Source of the DNA: Sphagnum compactum
Taxonomy: Eukaryota
DNA: 64,000 nt
Direction: 5' to 3'
NCBI GenBank assembly: GCA_965153455.1
Contig: OZ234494.1
Span: forward strand, 6,820,001-6,884,000
Of this stretch, positions 38,581 to 52,210 are shown piece after piece (position 1 is the stretch's first letter; each line of letters begins with the position of its first letter). The notes beneath the pieces are model-generated. The model saw only the letters and a list, made by a program, of their open reading frames with translations, ran no database searches and had not been told where the DNA came from. The position numbers were made by a program, and so were the translations under genes.

Positions 38581-41137
38581 AAAATTCAAGATTCAGAAAA
38601 AAAAATGGTCCAAGGGTCCCGAAAAGGCCTGGGTTCAAACTTGGCTCATGACTGAAAAATGGTAATTAACATGAGTGAGATAGAAATTCCTGGCAGCCAA
38701 TGAGGTGAAGCAACATGCACTCAAGAGGCCCAATATTTTTTCCTTGGGGGAGGGGAGGGGGGGGATGGGTCATGGGATTTTTTGGAATTTTGTGTTCCCA
38801 TTCTGTTCCATATGCTTCCATCAAGGTCACAAAGGTATTCATTTTGTTCTCCCATTATTCCTCAAGTTCTCCATAAGTTTTCAATTTCATTTATGAAGAA
38901 CCTCCGGTTCCAAAATATGAATTTCAACAGTTGAGCTTCCAGTTCCACACATAAATGGAAATGAGAATTTGGCTCCAAGTCTAGTTCTTCTAAAATAGAA
39001 AGGTTATAAATGAATAAATAAACAAAGGAAAAACATCCAACAAGAAAACAAGAGAAGAAAAAAAAACAAGAACCAAAGTTCAATTAAAAGACCCACTTGA
39101 AAGTGCAAAATGCACAATGTGGAGCCTTACGAGGAAAAATCAAGTAACCTAGGACCTAAACTCATCGCTAGTAGCACAAAGCAAGTCATGCAAAGAGATG
39201 GGCAAAAAGCTTGTAAAAACACCAAGCTTAGAAAGGGCCTCTCATGTTGCTATAATTGCACGTTGCAAGATAGTGTTGGCTTGAACTTTTTGAAAAGGCA
39301 CAAATACCCTTGCCTTATAAAATGAATGTAAAATCAAAAAGAGGAGGTCTTTCAAAACCTTTCACTGACCACGTCGTGTTGGCACATTGATGGAAAAAAA
39401 TCGTTAGCTTATTAGTATAAATATCCAAATATCTCTATTGCAAGACGGATAAAATCATTTTCAAGGTTTCAATTACAAGATGACACGACTAGATCCTTTG
39501 CTTGAACTACATTTGTTGTGGCCATTCCTAAAAAAGAAAGGACTCACAAAACAAGATCTACATGAGTAAAATGAACAATGCTTACATTTGGCAAACTAGG
39601 AATAATATTTATTGTAAACATAAATACCATTCGTTAGTTATGATGATTGGAGAGATGCTGCTGAGAGAACATTAGTTTGTTTACGCAAGACATGGAACCC
39701 GACATCCCTAACAATGGAGGTGTAATTTATTTTTTTAATTGCATGTGTGATGGTGCGTTCTCCCTCATGAACACAATGAAATAGGTTAATCCCTATCTAA
39801 TCTATGAATTGGTTGCATACACATTGAAAAAGACCATGAACCATAGGATGAGAAAAGCCCAATTTGTCACATAGTGTTAAAAAAAAATTGTCAAAGACCA
39901 TCCAAAAAGAAGGAATAACTAAACAACTAGAAAATCAAAAATTAAACACCCAAGTCTAGGCTTACTCAAGATTTTAACTGAATGTCACAATAATAATAAA
40001 AAAATTCAAAATGATGTTAAAAAAAGAGTGTTGATGCACGCTCTTTTGAAATGTTTTCCTAAAGACAATCAACTTCTATCTCTCACAACTACTCAAATGG
40101 AAAGACACAAGCTTAAGCAACTAAAGATAGAAGGTTAAAAGCCCACCTAAAGTGAGCTTAAAATAGAAGTGGACTTAAATTGTTGACCCTTATAACCCCC
40201 AATGAAAATGGACATTCATCTTGCAAAATTTTACATGCAATGATTAGAGCCACAAGCCTCGAGCTTCCCAAACACATTGCCAAAACGATAACCATCATCG
40301 ATACTAAATCTACCCCACCTCTAGAGATGGGGAAAGAAGCTTGCCAACGAACTAGGGAGCGAGGGAGGGAGGGAGGGGGAGAGAGCTAAAGGAAGAATTT
40401 GAACAAGGATAATGGAGATGACAATCTGTGACGTGGAGCAAACATTCTGGCAATTTGTGGGATTAGGAGGACAGCCCTTTTTTGGCTGGTTATATATATA
40501 GCCAAAGTGCCATATTAAAAACAAAAAGTTATAAAATCCTGTGCTTCTTTTTTGTGATTTTCAATAGCCATAATTCGATCAAAAAGGAAAATCACCATAT
40601 TTGTTGCCATACATGGTTCAAGTAGATAGCCAAAAATATAGGAGGATATTTTTAACGTTTTACTTTCATAACTAACTTGTAGCCAAATTTGGGGAAATCT
40701 TCTTCTGGATCATCATCGCCATTTTAGCTATAACACGAAATTGCCAAAAAAATAAAAACACATTGGATTAGGAAGAAAACAAAATCCATGCACACTCAGC
40801 ATCGGACGAAAGGCTAGCTCCAGTCGCCAGACACCGCGTAAAATTTCTCATCCATCTTCGACCCATCCACCCAGCAGGAGGAATTTAAAACGAGGCTGCT
40901 CTTCAGGCTCTGCTCACCATGTTGCGCCCCAACGAGCGTACTAATGACATCTTTTGGTAGACTGTTGTGATAAATAGGTGCTAAGTCATCGGTTTCGCAT
41001 CTGCGTGCGTCCGTGCAAGTTCTTTCTTTCCTGTTCGTGTCTCGTCTAGTCAAGCTCAAGAGTATCTACAGACTGCAGAAATACACACACAGAAGTAGGG
41101 CCAACTCTCTCGCTACTACCTCGATTCAGTTTCCAAT

Positions 41138-42265
41138 ATGGCCATGAATCATGTATGTATTCTTCTCTCTGGATGCAACTTTGTGAAGTCAGAAATTTTT
41201 CTTTGAAACAATTCGTGGAGTCGAAGAATGATTGTGTTTAATTACTGTCGAGATTCAGCTCCAGCTTTCTGAATTGCGAGTTTTTCTTCTTTTTTTTTTG
41301 GTTTTTAAAAAGTTTGCTTGAGCTTGCTAAATTGCAAGTTCTTTTGTACTGTTGAGATTCAGCTCCAGTTTTCTGAATTGCCAGTTTTTTTTTCACTGTT
41401 TTTGTCATGTGTTTTGATGGGTTTTTCATCGGTGGGATGGTGCGCTTCGACCTCATAAAAAACACACCAAAACCCATCAAAACACCCATGAAATATGCCT
41501 AATTTCTCGAATGTTTTGACGGATGATGCTGTATTTGGTGTTTGCAGGGAGCAAATAGTTTCAGGGTTTTGTTAGCCAGAGCAGCAGTGCAGCTTCGGCG
41601 TGCGGGAACAGACTCCATATTGCATCAACCGGGAGCTGCAGCTGGATTAATAATGCAGGAGCAATCTGTCAAGTACATGAGTAGTACTGCAGCTGGTGCC
41701 ACCAGCAAGTTGAGTGCTCAAGAGCTGGAACGCTTGCAGCGTGTTGCTGCAGCAACACGCAACAAAACTACTAGTCCCGCCGGATCAACTGATCACCAAT
41801 TTCAGTGCGTGCCATAATTCTCTTACTCCAGCTCTGTTCTCTTCAAGGAAAGCTTCGACATAATAAGAATTGCTAGTAGATTCTCCAGTCTGTTAGAAAA
41901 CAATCTTCACACTTTCAAACACAAATCTAGTCCCTATAGACGTTGGGGCTGACTACTATGGAAGTTCACGAATTGCAAACTTTCTTCTGTCTCTGAAAGT
42001 GATGATGATGTGCAGTTGGATCGAACCAGCGGTATACCCACTACTGGGAATGCTCAGCGTTGCCTTGGGTCTGGCGGTCATGACAATGTACAGAGAAATC
42101 GCGGATTCCCCGACCGTGCTCATCGACAAGCGGAAGCGGGTGGGTCTAGTGGAGATGGATGACCCCGAATGGACTTCCAAGAAAGGGGAGCAATTTGCGA
42201 CCACCAGTCCATTGAAGAACATTTCCTTGTCAAGGAAAATCCCTGCTGAAAAAAGTACAATTTGA
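41138..42265 (+). CDS. B12D/NDUFA4-like small mitochondrial membrane protein with N-terminal extension, 3 exons, 173 aa
   Basis: Exons 41138-41152 (MAMNH), 41548-41804 and 42016-42265. GT-AG introns with phases 0 and 2 join into one open frame. The C-terminal half WIEPAVYPLLGMLSVALGLAV...SPTVLIDKRKR matches the B12D pattern (W..PEVYPL, transmembrane helix, P.V...K..R). Confidence 0.75.
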
Positions 42266-45200
42266 ACAAATTATTATCAGTTATAATAATTGTTTTCTAA
42301 TAAAAAAAACACAGCACCAAAATATTTTGCAAATTCCACTTCTTACATCTTTGCACACTAGGTTACTAGAGATTTTCTGCATGAATGCAGAACAGACACT
42401 TGCTGAGATCCGCTCTAGTTCTTCAGAGTTTGGGATTTCCTCTAGCTTCTTGTATCATACTGTACTGGATCGAGCTTCTGCTGCAAAATTCTGCTGAATT
42501 TCCATTAACTATGAATTGGGCTATGGACTGCCAAAGTTCTTGTAACTCTGTGACTTGTGCAGCAGAGAGAAAAAAAACATCACATGTGTGTGAGATATCT
42601 TTTTTCTTACAACCTCCTAGGAATTGCATCAACCAATTATGACGATGCACAATGTCTTCTGCATAACATCAATGCTTTCTGTAAATCACTGGTCTCGAGA
42701 AGACAAATTTAATTTCAAACCTAAGAATTTGTGCAAAAATTATAGACAAGCATTTTCTGGAGAATTTGTGCAAAGTTTATTGACAAGTATTTCCAAACAA
42801 CAAGCATCATGCGTCGCAAGAATGTGAAATTATTGCTACTTAACTTTCAAAACAGAAATGAAAACGAATTTTTGCTTGTCACCCAAATGTGAATTGTACC
42901 TCATCTGCACTAGAACCCCATGTCTGCAGGAAAAGTTTTAGATTTATGGAATGTACTGTAATAGTTAAATAAATTTTAAAACTTGGGTTCTGCATTGCTA
43001 TGCCTAATTAGTGATAATGAATTGATGAAAATGATGAGTTGATTTTGTAAAAATTAAGTTTCATTTGAATGATTTTGCATAATTTCACTTGAATTGAATG
43101 CAACCCAATTAAATTTGACTTGAATTTAAATTCTTAAATTGAATTCAAACACATTGAATGAACATATTCAAATTCATATTTAATTAAATTGAATTCACAT
43201 TTCTAAATTGAAGTGAATAAAATAAAACACAATATTTTTCTCCTTTGGATTGAACATTATTAGTGTTCTTATTGAAATTTGAATTAAATTGAATTGAATT
43301 CTTTTCATAATTTTGTTGGATTCAATCAAATTATGAAATTTTAATTATGAGAAGCACGTGTTAATTTATCTTTTCATATTATGTAATTGAGTTGGTGAAA
43401 AGAGTGAAGTAATTAGTTACTTGTGAAATGTTTTTATAGATGGAGGTGTACCATTTTAATAATATTCCACCCTATCCTCCTTTTTATTTCAGCAAATTAA
43501 ACTAAGGCACCACTCACAATGTCACCATAAAACATGAACCAGGTGCTCACAAATTGGCGGAATTTGTATTGAAAGTTCCTCATGATACCCTCCTTCTTAT
43601 TAGTTGCATAGCTTTCCTTTTTGGTCAAGTTTAGTATTGAGCTGCGCCTCAAGCGCACATTCATTAACATACCATACCAATGCCTAAAATTCCCTCTTAG
43701 CAAAGTTACACTCCAAAAAAAAGCAATGGACAATGGAACAACCATAAAACATTGTGTTTACATTCCAATTCTTTTCATCATTGTTCTTTGTTTGCATTCT
43801 CCTAAAGGAGATTTATGTCTTCCTAAAGGTACCCATTTAGCAATTGTTGTGCAAAGATTAATAAAATTATCGTGAAAATAACATTGCCTGTGTGTGCTTT
43901 TTTCACCATGAAATCTTTTTTTCACTCTTAAATGCTAGTTATTCTAAAAGTGAATGAATTTCATTGAAATTGGGTCTCAAATATCAAATCTGAACATTTA
44001 TTGCATAAGATTCAAAATATTTGTCGAATTATAATAGCAAGAAACAAAACGAATTTAAATCTCAAGCTAAAACTTGTTTTTTATCATAACATTGAGTTTA
44101 AAAGGAGTTTAAGACCCCCTTAAATGTCAGCGAAATTCTTTTATGTCAAGTGTCGATTGCACCCTGAGCTCACCCTCGTTACAGGAAAATTGTGACTCTT
44201 GACACTAAGGCAGGGTTCTGTTGCAGATAACTTTAGCATCCAGGGCTTACATTCCATAAGTCAATAATGGATGAAATGTCCGTCCGGTTGGATGACGGGA
44301 CGGATGACGAGACGGATTAAGGGGAAGCTTCATTCTTCCTTTAATATATGTAATGAGGGGTAACAAAAATGGAGGATAAATCATCAAAAGAGCAGCCCAT
44401 GTATGTTAAAATGTCTTTTTCTGTCAAACAAGACTACCTGTAAGTGAGAGGGACGAAATAACTTGTCTTTCAGGGTTGCGCAGTATGTGACCCTCCACAG
44501 AAAAGTCAAAACATGGCCATTTGGCTCAACAAAATGGTTTTGGCCCAGCATTTTTGCAAAGTTTGCTGCAGTTGGCAGTGTTTCTTTTATTGGCGAATTT
44601 TCGTCAAATCCCTTTTTTTGAAAAATATGATGTCAACCTATAGGAAGGATTTTCCATGAAAAAAAGGGCCCAAATTCGCCAGGTTTCGAAAAAAATTCTA
44701 CCAATCACCAGACTTTTATTATTAGTTCCAATAGGTAGCCAAAAATATAGAAAGATTTTGATTTTTTCTTACTTCCATATTAGTACATGTGGCCAAATTT
44801 GGCTAAATCACTTTTGAGATGATAGCCACCTTGGCTACATCACAAAGTTGGAAAAAGAAACCTTGGCGGTTGGTGAAAGGCGTGGCAAATGTAGGCACCT
44901 AATATAGTGCAACAAATTTGATTTGATTGTTGCTCCCTATTTTGATTGGGTAATCATAATGATTGGTTCTGGTGGTTTGCTATTAGTAGTCTCCCACCTT
45001 TTCAAGAGTTTTAGTTTTATGAGTGATTGCAAATAAATAAATGATTAAAATTGGATATGAAAAATATTTTTGTAGGTCACACATACTAAGAAGCATTTTC
45101 TTTCGTGGTGAATTATTGCTAGATTTCGACTTGGAATTGTTGGGTTCTACCTATGAGCTTTTAAGAAAATCATTTTCTAACCATATTTGCCAAAGTTCAC

Positions 45201-46039
45201 ATGTTTTTGTGCATAATTCGTTTGATATTTTCTTTAAATCTTAACTCCTATCGTCTCATATGATAACCTCACATCAAGTCTCGTAGCCAAATGGTTGCTT
45301 GAAATTGTTGGTTATTTGTCGGCACCTTATAGTGTCGTTTTGCTTTTCACTAATAATAACACAGTTGGCCGACATCATGTTGTCGTTACTTGCCACTTCA
45401 TTCTATTAAGGTATCATCACTTCTTGCAACAGGGTATCGTTGCCTCCTTTTGCTTCTTGCAATGAGGTATCACCATTGGATTCTTGGACAAGGTGCCCAC
45501 CACCTAGTGTACATAGTAAAAAGAGGTTTGAAATTTGAGAATTGAGATTCACCAAATTTGTGTTCAACAAATTCTTTCAATGTGCATGGTTTTAGCCTTT
45601 AGGGCTTTCAGTTGTTATTTCACAAGTTCAAGCTTCAATCTTCAAGGCAAGCATTCGACAACCACCAAAATGCCACCTAGTTACAATAAGCAATAGTCAA
45701 AGTTCTTTGGTGAGTTGTTGAATTGGAGAACTATAACTTGCAATGAGCATCAGAACTTTGTTTGGTGATGAGTAACAATTGTTTTGTGTTCAATGTCATC
45801 CCCTCCCCCCAGAATTTACAAATGATATTTTAACCCTTGCAACTTCCAAGATGAAGCTTAAGGATTGCATCTTTTGTGTTAATCATTGAATTGACATTTT
45901 TGTTGTGAATTTAGATTTGTAGTATTTCAATCCTTCTAAAAATTAAAATAACCTTGTGCATTGTGAGTCATAATTATAGAATTATAGATCGGACTGTTCA
46001 AGCTTGAATTATTGTACAAATTTGCCAATGTAAACATTT

Positions 46040-47290
46040 TTTAGAATGGGCATCATGGAGAAAATTGAAGATGTTCTATAAAGTTCGTATTTTTATTTAT
46101 TTCATAATCTAAAGAAGACTCAACTAACCAACAACATGGAAATAGGGGGGCAACAAATTTTCATAAACATTAAGACACGCTAGATTTCAATTTAATGCTA
46201 CTTCTAGCCAAGAGGGTTTTTTCAGAATAAAGTGCCTTGGTCTTGAAAAGCATTGGGATGCTGGCACTATCACATAGGCTGCCCATAATTTGGAGCTTCT
46301 TTACGACTTGGAAGTAATGTTGGGCCTTTCTTGCATCATGCCCATGTTTGAAAGGTTGAATGAATTGATCAAATTCTCCTACTTTCAAGAGTGTTTTGTA
46401 TGTGATTTTGTTGTTGCCATGAAATTATGCCAAGCAAATTTGTACTACAGGTACAATGACCCCTAAAAGCCCTACCTGAATGATGTGTTCCATGGTTATC
46501 AAAATTTGTTGAATGAAACTTCTTATGTGGTGGTGCATAAGTGGGCACCTAACTTGAATATAGGGTTGGAAAATTTCAATTTTTAGATTGTTGGCATTTC
46601 TAACATGATGCATTGTTGTTGCCCTAAAACAACATTATATGTGCCTATGACTCGTGCTCTCTTCCGATATATCATGAACAATGTGCAAATGTAGTGTTCC
46701 CAAGTAACAAAGGTCAATGATAGGCTTGAGAATGGTTTCCTACACATGATGTGATGGATGCTTTAAGTGTGGTTTATCTGCAATATTGGCTCAAAAGCAC
46801 ATGTGAGTTTAGCTTCCCTACTCACATGGATGTTTTGAAGAAATTTTACTATCAACCTAGAAAGCTTGGATCTTCCCAGACATGGATTCCAATAGTTCTT
46901 AATGCAAATATTCTAGATTTACAAACCTCATTTTTCAAGATCACCTTGATATCGAACGCTCAATGGGCTATGGACCAGCCCATGGATCTCAATCCAATCT
47001 TTAGATTGTGGAAAAAGTTTACCTCCAATGCGTTGTTATGTGTGCAACTCTCTAAGTTCATGAAGGTGGCAGAATTAGCTATGGTCCAAATCATGGGGTT
47101 TGTTGAAGATGAGAGAACTTTTTCGACCTTGACCTTCATGAAGATGAGACTGTGGAACAAACTTTATGAGCATCTAGATTTAGTGGTTTGTATGTTTGCA
47201 CAACTACTCTACTCTATTGATTCCTTTCCTTACAATGATGTCATCATAGTTTGGACCAATGAGAAAGTCAAGAGGGGTCTTATGGCTTGA
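46040..47290 (+). pseudogene. Decayed hAT-family transposase with C-terminal dimerisation-like region
   Basis: ORF 46751-47290 ends AELAMVQIMG.VEDERTFSTLTFMK.RL.NKL..HLD (compare the S...ER.FS.M..IK..LRN.L hAT signature). Stop-broken coding sequence lies upstream. Confidence 0.7.
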
Positions 47291-48871
47291 ATTGTGGATA
47301 GTTTAGTGGCATCCTCGGTTTTGGTTTTAGAACTGTCTTTTGGGTTTTGATTGCAACAATTCACCTAACATATTGTATTATTTAATGCCATGCATCAAAT
47401 TAAGAGTTCTAGGTTTTTGAAGTAGACAACTACTTTACATTGTAGTCCATGAGACATTCTAAAATTCATGCCCATATGAAGTCACTAACCTTAGTGATGC
47501 ACATTGGAAATGTTGGGATGCTAATATGCCAATACTTGGCTCATTTTCTAGCATGTTTTGCTACTATAACAAGGTTGAATCATGAATTGATTCTACTATC
47601 TAGAGTATCTTCTCTTTAAAGCCCTTGCATGTCGCATTCTTGCTTGTATGGACTGTTAGATTTTGGATCATGGATTTTTTTGTTTAGGATTAGCTTCTTT
47701 TGAATCATGGACCATGTGTGTTGAACTTGTGTGGTTGGACAATAGAGAAATCAAGTTGGGGTTGAATCTTGCAACAAATAACACCCCAATTTCTGTGATG
47801 CCAACTAGCTGAACCTTAGGGTAACTTTCTCCCCTCCCACTTGAAGTTTTTCTTTAAGCAACAGAACTAATGTGTGGGTTGCAAGTAAGATCATGTGATG
47901 CCATTGGGTGCAATGTCCTTTGTGATAAGGGTTCAACTCCCTCACATGAACATTCAAAGCTCCAGTAGCTGGAAGCTAATTGCCAAATTTTAACATTCTA
48001 ATTCAGTCACAGTCGCCAGAAGGCTTCTCATATCTCTCTGTTATCGCCTAAATGTAGACTCTATTAAAATTGCATTAGCCAACATAACCCCACACCAAAA
48101 ACCTTGTTGTAGCTGATTTGGTGACCCTGCTATAAGGAGAAAATCGCCACCTTGCTATTTCTTTTTTTCTCTGTGTAGCCAATTTTAAGACAGTTAAGCA
48201 TGTGCTTGTAGCCACTTAGGCTACTAGCTCAAGGTCAGAATATCCACATATGCCTCTTCTAGGAATCCTTAAAAAATACGCTGATACTGTATCGGAAGAC
48301 CACAGCTACACTTGAATCAGATCAACCGAATTCTACTACATACTATTACAGTGTCTTCAACAGAATAAGGTGACAATCTCATACCCTTCTTCTTGCAGCA
48401 TTTCAGCACAGATCTACTCTAAGCCTGGCAGTGATGTTGCTAAGAGCTGAGCATCAAGAACTGCTGAATCTGTAATCAGGGTGTTGTCATCCTTCAAGAA
48501 GTTTCAGAACAACCACAAAACAATACCACTCTGTTGATGCTGTTGATCAGTCTCTGATTTATATAATGCCTCAAACTTCAGATGAGTAAAAGTTTTTGAT
48601 TGGGTGGCTCCCCTGATGAGTGATTTATCACACTTGATTTAACTCTATTTTCTGCCCTGAGTGCTTGTGAAAAAGTTTTTGACTAGGAACTTACTTGCAC
48701 TTACTGCCACTGGCATAAGTTATGTGTCAAGAGTCTTGAAAAGAGGGTCAGCCTGGGGAGAATGGTAGATTCAAGCCGTGATGGAGCCAAATCAGACTAA
48801 AGAAACCACCACTGTTGGTGCATGATGCATCAATCAATGTGGTCTTTTATGGGTAGCCCCACTGATCTGGA

Positions 48872-49011
48872 AGACACCAAATACCCCCTAACGAGAATTG
48901 TTCTGCCAGAGGGTGTGACTGGTTTGCCAAGCAGAACTGCACTGCACAGGCTGCAAAAAGGGTGCAGAAAGAGCAGTCCAGACAGAGCTCGTTAGGGGTT
49001 ATTTGGCATCT
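48872..49011 (-). ncRNA. Candidate miRNA precursor hairpin B (predicted 5p strand UGCCAAAUAACCCCUAACGAG, 49008-48988)
   Basis: 24-bp basal stem AGATGCCAAATAACCCCTAACGAG / CTCGTTAGGGGGTATTTGGTGTCT with one true mismatch and two G:U pairs on the minus strand. Lies in a putative GT-AG intron (49030-48753). Confidence 0.65.
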
Positions 49012-49367
49012 CACGACTGATCTCGCTTACCTTCTTTGCCTTCTTCGAGTCTCCAGCTTTCTTTTTTTGGCAATTACCAACTCTCTCTCAGCTCCAGTTC
49101 CTATTTCAAAGATTGCAATACATGATTAGGACAAGCTCATGGATTTCTGATGATGGCTGATCTATGCTTGGGCTTTGGAGTTTGTATTGTAGGCAAAGAA
49201 CTCAGGAGTTCCACAAGTAGTCATTGCAGACACAAGCTTTCTCACCCATCTGTGTACAACTAACATCTGTGTATATGGTACATCTGTGTGGACATGACAT
49301 CATAAGAACATCTCCAGCGGTGCTCAATATGTGACACCACAAAAAGCTTTTTCACATCCAAGATTTA

Positions 49368-49694
49368 GGCCCACTTTAGATGAGGGTCCAGGGTCCAATT
49401 TCCTAGGAACCAATTTGGACTGATTTGAAGCAAATTGAATCCTTGAGTTGGACTGTACCTTGGTCCCTCGCCTGATTCTTGGTTCTCCGAATCAGGAGCT
49501 CTCCTTTTAGCACTGTTTTTTGGTCCCGACCAATTGATTTTCCCTCCAAAACAGGTGCCATGTAGGTTTTGCCTCAATTTGCCACTTTTTGGTCTTGGAC
49601 ACTCGACTAAAGGCCTTGGGACCAATTTAAAACTTTTGGCCAATAAAAAAATGCTTGAATTCATTGGTCCCTGGACCCTCGTTGAAAGTGGCCC
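49368..49694. mobile_element. Tourist-like MITE
   Basis: TIR of about 32 bp, GGCCCACTTTAGATGAGGGTCCAGGGTCCAAT / ATTGGTCCCTGGACCCTCGTTGAAAGTGGCCC, with TTA on both sides (49365-49367 and 49695-49697). Confidence 0.88.
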
Positions 49695-52015
49695 TTAGTT
49701 ACCTTTTCCCTACCGCGCCCATAAAACTAAAAGTGGACTGCAAATAAGTGGGAAACCACTAATAGAAACCCACCTGGACCAATCAAACTATGTATTGTAT
49801 CAAAAACAGGGAAGAGTCAACAAATATGATTTGACTGTATTTATTAGGCTAGTCCAAGGCTCCCTTCACAAATTTGAGTTCTTTGGAAGAAAAATATTTT
49901 TGTGTAAATTTCAACATTCTTACAAATAAAACAATTAGTGTCGAAGCTGCCAAGGTACTACTACTACCTCAGTTTTTTTTTCTCTGGAATCTTGTCAGTT
50001 TTTGACAAAAGAATTGGGAAAGTTTTTTTCTAGTCTAAATTTGACTAAATTTGCTATTTTTTGAAAAAAAAACGAACATTCATTACTTGTGACCTTATAA
50101 AGCACCCAAAGAAATTTCTTGCTTGTGACCTTATAAAGCAATCAAAGCCACTAGTGTTGACCTAATTTATATGGAGTCGAATCTAATGAAAATTTACATT
50201 GGGCACACAAATCTTTCATCAACTAAGGATCACCCTCCATTGAAGTTACACCATGTTTGAATACTATGGACCAAAATTTAAATTGTGGGAAGAAAATGTT
50301 AGCTAATGACCTCAATTTTGGGTCAGTTGGGTTTTAAGGTTGGGTTTGATTTCAATGGACATTTAGTAAATTATGGTTGGACTAGGTATACTTTTATATT
50401 TTTGGATGAAATGATGGGTTGGTAGAACTAAAAAATTAATGGCTTTTATTCATTAGTTAACTCCAAACTTCAAATGAAAGGCAATTTGGGTTTTAGTTTC
50501 TTCAAATTTCATGTTTTTGGAAAAATTCCAAGGTTTGATGAACTTGGGTTATTACTTGCTACCATAGCTTGAAAAGATACGGGGTTTATAAGAGGGACAT
50601 ATACAACCTATGGACCATCACTTCAACATGTCGTATATGTGGTAAGTATTTTGAAAAACATTATGTTACATTTGGCACAACTTGAAAGTAATTATCTTCA
50701 TAACCCATCACTAACTTATTGTAGGTTTGATATCTATAGTTTCTGAAAATAATATATTTCTTGTTTGATATGTGAAAATTTAAAGGAATTGTTACTTGGA
50801 TGCCAAATTTTTTGGAACTAAACCAACTTTCTATGGCACCTAAATTTTCTATTGTATCGGAATATTTGAATTTAGTGGAACATTATTTATCCTCGATTTT
50901 GCTTAAAGAAACAATTTAAAATGTTGTAAAAGGTCTCATTCTATTAGAGGTTTAGTGTCCAAAGAACCTACCAAAGAGGCTTTCTTTTTTTGGGTCACAA
51001 TTTCATTATTTTGTTTTATTTTTGTTGTCCAAGTGAAATTTGAAGATTAAAATGATTATTCATCACCCTAGTGCCAAACCTAAAAAGGTATTGAACTGTA
51101 CAATACTTGAATCCTATACACATCCACTATATAAGCATGTTTTTGGTTTCTCATTATTGTAGGATCTTCAATGCTCAGCTAGCTAATGGAGGTACCCAAC
51201 CTTTGCCAAAATCCTTTCCTTGGTTGTGGAGAGGCTAAACATTCTATGGCCAAAAAAAGGTTGGTAGCACACAATATCAACTCCATGTCAAGTCACTAAG
51301 TTGATAAAAGTTTGATAATATGTTCCATGCTTGTGAGGTTTTCTTTGTTATTGAGGAACTATCACTTTTCATATTTAATGGGTGTATTAGTTGTGGGGTT
51401 TTTACGTCAACCATGTGTTATTTAATATACAAATTTGTAATTTTAAAAGGTGGGGTGGGGGAAGGTGGGATTGATGATGCAACTCTTTGGAATATTGTTC
51501 TAAGTTATTTTTAAAATTTGACAAGGATTGGGCAATGTTTTATTTCTGGAAAATTTTCACCTTCTAGCAAAAAAAAATTTCAAAAAAAACATTATGTTAA
51601 ATATTTTCAAATTTTGGTAATTGTCATTTAAAAATTGCTTTGTGGAAACACATTGTTCAAGCAAGGAACCAAGATATAAAAAGGCTTTAAATTTCTACTT
51701 TCATAACCAGTCTATAGTCAAAAGTTGTTCAATCTCTTTATGAATGATTGCTAGTGTGGCAACATCACAAAATTGGAAAAAAAAGAAAAAAAAAAGAACT
51801 ATATTTAAGCATGGGTAAATATTGTAACAAAAGGACAAGTGATTTTTTCCCCATTTGATTCACTTTTCAATATTACAAGAAAACATAAAATAATGTGGAA
51901 AAAATTTTAGAAGGACAAATAAATGAATTCCCTGATTTTGGGCCTTGCATATTATTATTATTTTGTTTGTAGCCCATTTTAAATCAAGGATTTGCTTTTC
52001 CAAAGCAAGATACCA

Positions 52016-52210
52016 TTGTACAAGGGTGGCTTCAACACATTTTTGACAAATAACTAATTAAATTTGAAGATTCCATTTTGAAAAAATATAAATTTCAATA
52101 GATTCTTCAATTTCTCTTCACAAAATAAATTATTTTTGAGAAAAGTAATTTTTGAAATTTTCAACATTTCAAAAGTAACATAATTTGTGTTGAAGCCATC
52201 AAGGTACTAC
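52016..52210. mobile_element. Small MITE-like element
   Basis: GTGGCTTCAACACA at the left end pairs with TGTGTTGAAGCCAT at the right end. A related AAGGTACTAC end occurs at about 49950. Confidence 0.45.

Noticed and set aside
44115-44324. Possible MITE with CCCCTTAA...TTAAGGGG ends
   Set aside because: The inverted match is short and no TSD could be confirmed.
49031-49141. Basic peptide (IAKKRKLETRRRQR) in the exon upstream of hairpin B
   Set aside because: The in-frame ATG is followed by TAA after four codons, so there is no open start.
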